Virus record (IMG/VR): IMGVR_UViG_3300048892_000209
Span: 1-47,957 of that record
Reading direction: 5' to 3' (one strand)
Length of the DNA: 47,957 nucleotides
Origin: a virus
Taxonomy: Duplodnaviria > Caudoviricetes
Shown here one piece after another: positions 43,959 to 47,957 of the stretch (its first letter is position 1; each line of letters begins with the position of its first letter). Below the pieces are notes generated by a model that searched no databases, had not been told where the DNA came from, and saw nothing but the letters and a program-made list of their open reading frames with translations. The position numbers and the translations under genes are program-made.

Positions 43959-44789
43959 CTACAGCGTCAGCCGCTCGGGTAGCTGGGCGCGGAGCGCGAC
44001 CTTCAAGTTGATGAGGGCTTCAGAGGTGGTCACGCCCTGGCCTTGCAGCAACGCGAGGTGCTGGCGCTCGAGCGGCTCGCGGTGCGGCACGTCGAGGACT
44101 AGGACGCCGTGCTGGTCTGCGTAGGTGACTGACTGCGCCTGCAGGTCGACGGTGAGCATCCCGCACTCGCCGAGCACCGTCATCGTCCTGCGCTTCACGG
44201 GGTGTAGGTGGCTGGCCTGCAGGGTGGCGCTGCCCGATGCGAGGCTGAAGCTGGCCGTGATGTGGCCGCCATCATTGACCGAGTGCAGAAGGCGGGGCCA
44301 CAGTTCGAGGTAGCGGAGCAGGTCGACATCGTGGGTGAGCAGGTCGAGCGCGGGGCCGGTGTCTGGGCAGCGTGGCTCGAGGCCGAGGCGGGAGATGGTG
44401 ACGTGGCGTATGTCGCCGATCATCGGGAGCTGGGTGCGCAGCACGTCGACCGCTGGGTTCCAACGCTCGGTGTAGCCGACGAAGACCTTGCCCGGGTTCT
44501 CCTGCTCGGCCTTGAGCAGGAGGTGGGCCTGCTCGATGTCTGAGGCCATTGGCTTCTCGACGAGGACGGTTGGCACGCCGAGGTGCAGGGCCTTGGCTGC
44601 CTCGGTGGCGAGCTGAGCAGGTGGCGTGGCGATGACTGCTACGTCGGCGAGCAGCGCGTCCTTTTGCTCTTGGTGGTCGGCGTCGGTGTCTGGGCTGGGG
44701 TCGATCGTCTCTACTTCGAGACCGAGAGCACGAAGGGTGCGGGCGTGGTTCTGGCCCATCACGCCGTTGCCGACGACGTGTGCTCTCAC
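43959..44789 (-). CDS. Gfo/Idh/MocA-family NAD-dependent oxidoreductase (WbpB/WlbA-like)
   Basis: VVGNGVMGQNHAR, VIATP, LVEKPMA, VGYTERWNPA, LDLLTHDVD; start GTG 44789. Confidence 0.9.
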   Translation of the reverse strand: MRAHVVGNGVMGQNHARTLRALGLEVETIDPSPDTDADHQEQKDALLADVAVIATPPAQLATEAAKALHLGVPTVLVEKPMASDIEQAHLLLKAEQENPGKVFVGYTERWNPAVDVLRTQLPMIGDIRHVTISRLGLEPRCPDTGPALDLLTHDVDLLRYLELWPRLLHSVNDGGHITASFSLASGSATLQASHLHPVKRRTMTVLGECGMLTVDLQAQSVTYADQHGVLVLDVPHREPLERQHLALLQGQGVTTSEALINLKVALRAQLPERLTL

Positions 44790-45859
44790 GCTACCGCTGC
44801 CATCCCTTGATACGCGAGTCCGTTGGGATCGAAGCCCAGCTCGCGGAGCGCCTTGTCGCTGGCCTCTTTCAGGGCCGGGAAGCACGCCTCGCAGGCTGGG
44901 ACGGTGCGAGCGGTTAGTCCTTGCTCCTCCAGTTCCCAGTCTACGGTGGCGAACTTCTTGGCATCCTCGCTGCCGCAGGTGGCGCAGGTACCTGCCTCAA
45001 TGCCGGCGGCGTTTCGGTTCGAGTAGTAACGCTGGGCGTCCGCACGGCGGGCGAGGTCTCGAAGATGGGTGCGGTGCTCGATGACGAGGTCGCGGCAGTC
45101 GAGGGCCTCGACCTGGCTGGCGTCAGCCTGGTGGCCCCAGAGGATCCGGTCATCGGGTGCGACGTAGGTGTAGTGGTTGCCCTCGACGCGCAGGCCGGGG
45201 ATCGCCCGGAACAGCGTGCGGATCGGGTAGCGGTGGTGGCCACTCCACTCGAACTGCCGCGCTGCCTCAGCGAGTTTCGGATCCTGGTGCGGGTCCTGGT
45301 GCTCCCAGAAGGTCACTTCGCCGGCGTCGCAGTCGGTGGCGGCGAGCCGGGCCTTGAAGTCGCTCGGCACGTCCACGATGACCTCATCGCCGTCGAGGAC
45401 GAGATACCAGTCGCGCTCCGGCTCGGCGATCGTCTCCGCGAGGGCGAACATGAAGCTGCGCTTCTCGACCTCGTTGCCCTCCCAGACCGTCTGCGGCGTG
45501 TGAACCGTGACGCCCACGCCGCAGGCCGTGGCGGTGTCGGTGATGATCGCCGCCTGCTCGGAGCTGGAGCGGTTGCGGCCCTCGGGGTAGAGCATGTAGG
45601 CGCCGTCGACCGCGACGAGGTGGTCGCAGACCGAGGCGGCCGAGGCCACGGTCGCCGCTAGCCAAACCGCGCTCTCGCTGTACCAGGAGAGGAGGCCGAT
45701 GACGCGGGGCAGGGCTAGGTCAGCGGCGGGGTCTGCCTCAAGCGGACGCTCGCCGTCGAAGACATCGGTCGCCACCGGGCTCAGGCCGGCGGCGCGGCGG
45801 GCGGCATTCGGACCCTGGCTTTCGGCTATCCGCTTGAGGCGCGCCTGGCGCCCGTTCAC
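44786..45859 (-). CDS. GT-A fold glycosyltransferase-like protein with C-terminal CxxC pairs
   Basis: LSWYSE...LVAVDGAY...EVEKR...WYLVLDGDE (DxD)...RTLFR. Confidence 0.75.
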   Translation of the reverse strand: MNGRQARLKRIAESQGPNAARRAAGLSPVATDVFDGERPLEADPAADLALPRVIGLLSWYSESAVWLAATVASAASVCDHLVAVDGAYMLYPEGRNRSSSEQAAIITDTATACGVGVTVHTPQTVWEGNEVEKRSFMFALAETIAEPERDWYLVLDGDEVIVDVPSDFKARLAATDCDAGEVTFWEHQDPHQDPKLAEAARQFEWSGHHRYPIRTLFRAIPGLRVEGNHYTYVAPDDRILWGHQADASQVEALDCRDLVIEHRTHLRDLARRADAQRYYSNRNAAGIEAGTCATCGSEDAKKFATVDWELEEQGLTARTVPACEACFPALKEASDKALRELGFDPNGLAYQGMAAVA

Positions 45860-46227
45860 AGAGACTCCACCAGCCGGCGAAGCTCAGTGTCCTTCCCGGC
45901 CCGCTTGTCGGCCTCGTATTGCGAGTGACACGATCGCCACGGGACGCCGACCGCGCCGGCGCCGCAGAGGATCACGAAGTTCTCTTGCACGTCCATCCCT
46001 CCTTCGGTACGACCTCGTTGGTGATGCGTGATCGGGCGCTCGGTGCTGCCGCAGATCGCGCACTCGTTCCCGAGTCGGCGACGGGCCTCAGCGCGGAGGC
46101 GGCGCCACTCGGGCGACTGGTAGAAGCTGGTGGCGGCTCGCTGCTTGTTGCGCTTGCGCTGGCAGCGAGGACAAGGGGACTGCAGGGTGAGGCGTTTGCA
46201 GTCGAGGCAGCGGACCGCGTGGGGCAT
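45856..46227 (-). CDS. HNH endonuclease (packaging-associated)
   Basis: FYQSPEWRRLR...CAICG...THH...GG...NFVILC...CHS. Confidence 0.88.
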   Translation of the reverse strand: MPHAVRCLDCKRLTLQSPCPRCQRKRNKQRAATSFYQSPEWRRLRAEARRRLGNECAICGSTERPITHHQRGRTEGGMDVQENFVILCGAGAVGVPWRSCHSQYEADKRAGKDTELRRLVESL

Positions 46228-46230
46228 GTT

Positions 46231-46704
46231 CTAGAACTGGTTGAAAGTGCGGGAGAACAACTCCCCAAGTCCCATCTCATCCGACTCGTCGCGGACCAGC
46301 AAGCGAGCAGGGTTGCCGATGACGGTTGCCCCTGGTGGCACATCCCGGGTGACCACTGCGCCTGCACCAACCCGAGCGCCCGCGCCGATGATTTGGCGAG
46401 GGAGGATCGTCGCGTTGATTCCGATCCGGGCGCCGTCGCAGATTTCGCAGCCGCCGCCGATGACCGCTGAGGTGCAGACCTCGACATCCTCGCCAACGAC
46501 CACGTCGTGGCCCAGGTGGACGTGCTGGAGCAGCCAGCTCCGGGCGCCTACGCGCGTGGCCCGCACGGTGCCGGCGTCGACCGTGCAAAAGGCTGAGACA
46601 GTGGCGGTGGGATCGATCTCAGGCGGGATCGGGTCGCCGTCGAAGTCGCGGGACTCGGGCTCTCCGCCAATCCGAGCAGTGGGGTGTCGACCGGGTTTGC
46701 GCAA
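46231..46704 (-). CDS. Hexapeptide-repeat acyltransferase (WbpD/PglD/LpxA-like)
   Basis: HLGHDVVVG...IGINATILP...[29 protein letters not shown]; TAAGGAGG RBS. Confidence 0.9.
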   Translation of the reverse strand: MRKPGRHPTARIGGEPESRDFDGDPIPPEIDPTATVSAFCTVDAGTVRATRVGARSWLLQHVHLGHDVVVGEDVEVCTSAVIGGGCEICDGARIGINATILPRQIIGAGARVGAGAVVTRDVPPGATVIGNPARLLVRDESDEMGLGELFSRTFNQF

Positions 46705-46885
46705 GGACCATCCTCCTTAGCGAGTTGCTGGTGCGGGTGCGAAGCTCGGCCCTCCTCGAGCGGGGGCGTCTTAGTCGTTTCGTAGAGAAGCGGCCAGCGG
46801 CCGGCCTGCCCTGCTGGCAAATCGGCCCCGAATCAGCCGAAGCTCAATTAGAGGCCCAGGGCTGGGCGCGGTCTCGCTGGTCCAG

Positions 46886-46957
46886 TACCGCCGCCAGGAG
46901 TCGAACCTGGGCGCTCCCGCTTAGGAGGCGGGTGGGCTTCCTCTGCCCTACGGCGGT
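46886..46957 (-). tRNA. tRNA-Arg, anticodon CCT (reads AGG)
   Basis: Cloverleaf: acceptor ACCGCCG/CGGCGGT, D arm GGGC-AGAGGAA-GCCC, anticodon arm CCCGC-CTCCTAA-GCGGG, T arm CCAGG-TTCGACT-CCTGG; CCA not encoded. Confidence 0.88.
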
Positions 46958-47279
46958 GAGATGTGCTGCCGGCCGGGACTTCCGATTTGTCACCCGGCGC
47001 CGCCAATCCCCGGGAGCACCCGCCCGGGCCGATGCCGCTTCCGCTCGGCGTGCTGATTTGTGGATCGCCTCGTTACACCACGGCAGCTTGGAGACCCCGA
47101 TTCCTCGGAGGCCCTCCGCCACTCCGCCCGAAGGCGAAGGTGTCAGACCGAGTGACCAGTGAAGGTCTACGTCAGCCCGAAACCGCTTTTGCCACGGACG
47201 GTGTTTTTGCCCTGTGGCAGGACGGCCCGTTAATCCTCTGGCTGCTGGCGGGCTTGGTCCGAAGAGAGCTAGCGCAATT

Positions 47280-47957
47280 CTAGACAGGCCCAGCGGCGGA
47301 AGACAAGGCGGCGCGTTTTTTGGCGCGCTCGATCGCCTCTTCCTTCAGCTTGGAGCGGCGGCCCTTGCGGCGCTGGTCGAGCAGCTTCTTCTCGGCTTTG
47401 TATACCTCGGCGAAATCGACGCTGGCCTTGTGGGCGAGCTTCATCGCTGCCTCCTCTTCAAGGCGGCGATCCTGGGTGGACGGCTCGTCTAGCTGCTCTG
47501 GCTCCGTCTCGGCTGGCTCTTGGTAGCCGTCGATCGGATTCGGGCCGGCTGGCACTCGGGTCTTGAGGCCAGTGTGGTTGACCGGGTCGGGATCCTCGTA
47601 GAGCACCACCTTGGCGCCGAAGCCGATCTCGAGCACCTCTGCGGCTATGACGAGGATCCGCGGGTCGTCGGCTTTCGGGCGGGATGCGGATTCGCGGGAG
47701 CGACGTCGCTTGCTCGTCGGCTCCGGCTCGGTCCCATGGAAACGACGATGCATCCCGGCCATGACCTCGGCGTGGGTCTCGGGGCTGTATTCGCGGCGAG
47801 CCTTGGACTTGCGGACTGCTTCCTCGGCGTCCTCTTTGCTCTGGAGCCAGTAGATGCGGCCGTCCTGTGGTTGGCGCTCTCCTGCGGGCCAAGGGATCGT
47901 GACCGGGTTCGGGAACGCCTGGTGAATTAGGGCGCGGGTCTCTTTCGGGAACCTCAC
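47280..47957 (-). CDS. Hypothetical protein (start at window edge, possibly truncated)
   Basis: 225-aa ORF with charged helical C-terminus. Confidence 0.7.
   Translation of the reverse strand: MRFPKETRALIHQAFPNPVTIPWPAGERQPQDGRIYWLQSKEDAEEAVRKSKARREYSPETHAEVMAGMHRRFHGTEPEPTSKRRRSRESASRPKADDPRILVIAAEVLEIGFGAKVVLYEDPDPVNHTGLKTRVPAGPNPIDGYQEPAETEPEQLDEPSTQDRRLEEEAAMKLAHKASVDFAEVYKAEKKLLDQRRKGRRSKLKEEAIERAKKRAALSSAAGPV

Larger units (their letters stand above)
1..47957 (-). mobile_element. Near-complete temperate-type tailed phage genome (HK97-like head, long non-contractile tail)
   Basis: Syntenic terminase-portal-protease-capsid-neck-tail-tape measure-lysis modules, CI/Cro pair, and recombination/replication operon; no host housekeeping genes seen. 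Confidence 0.96.

Noticed and set aside
45856-46227. HNH as a mobile homing endonuclease or intron
   Set aside because: Size, motif and position match terminase-associated HNH proteins; no interrupted gene
46760-46850. Hammerhead-like CTGA...CGAAAC on the minus strand
   Set aside because: CTGANGA core and flanking stems do not assemble
46886-46957. tRNA as attL/attR marking a prophage boundary
   Set aside because: Phage-like genes continue on both sides; no duplicate tRNA fragment or integrase in the window

Overview
The window is almost entirely one high-GC tailed-phage genome with a siphovirus-like layout and an HK97-type head. I infer an actinobacterial host, possibly Solirubrobacterales/Thermoleophilia, from the style of its winged-helix regulators. 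Nearly all genes are on the minus strand. From right to left: tRNA-Arg(CCT); acetyltransferase, HNH, glycosyltransferase and oxidoreductase; a probable cos site; terminases, portal, prohead protease and capsid; neck and tail genes with a frameshifted tail chaperone and an 1801-aa tape measure; an unusually large lysis/cell-envelope region (M15-like peptidase, GH25-like hydrolase, papain-like C1 peptidase, duplicated holin, secreted collagen/beta-helix protein, RusA, Rpf-like transglycosylase); a regulatory block; a CI/Cro-like switch with clear operators; and an early operon (RecT, PD-(D/E)XK exonuclease, ASCH, split DUF1376/DnaA-N replication initiator). No integrase, CRISPR array or reverse transcriptase is visible. 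The best candidate for an undescribed system is a two-domain winged-helix regulator transcribed divergently from an unannotated 18-aa peptide gene with a perfect Shine-Dalgarno site. The pair sits beside the repressor where an integrase is normally found, and the genome carries two truncated wHTH paralogs. Other strong leads are a nucleotide-sugar modification/glycosylation cluster at the packaging end, an Rpf gene that seems to need an ATC start, a frameshift-split replication initiator, and a 33-bp bipartite repeat flanking a gene cassette. All product calls come from motif recognition by eye; no database searches were run.
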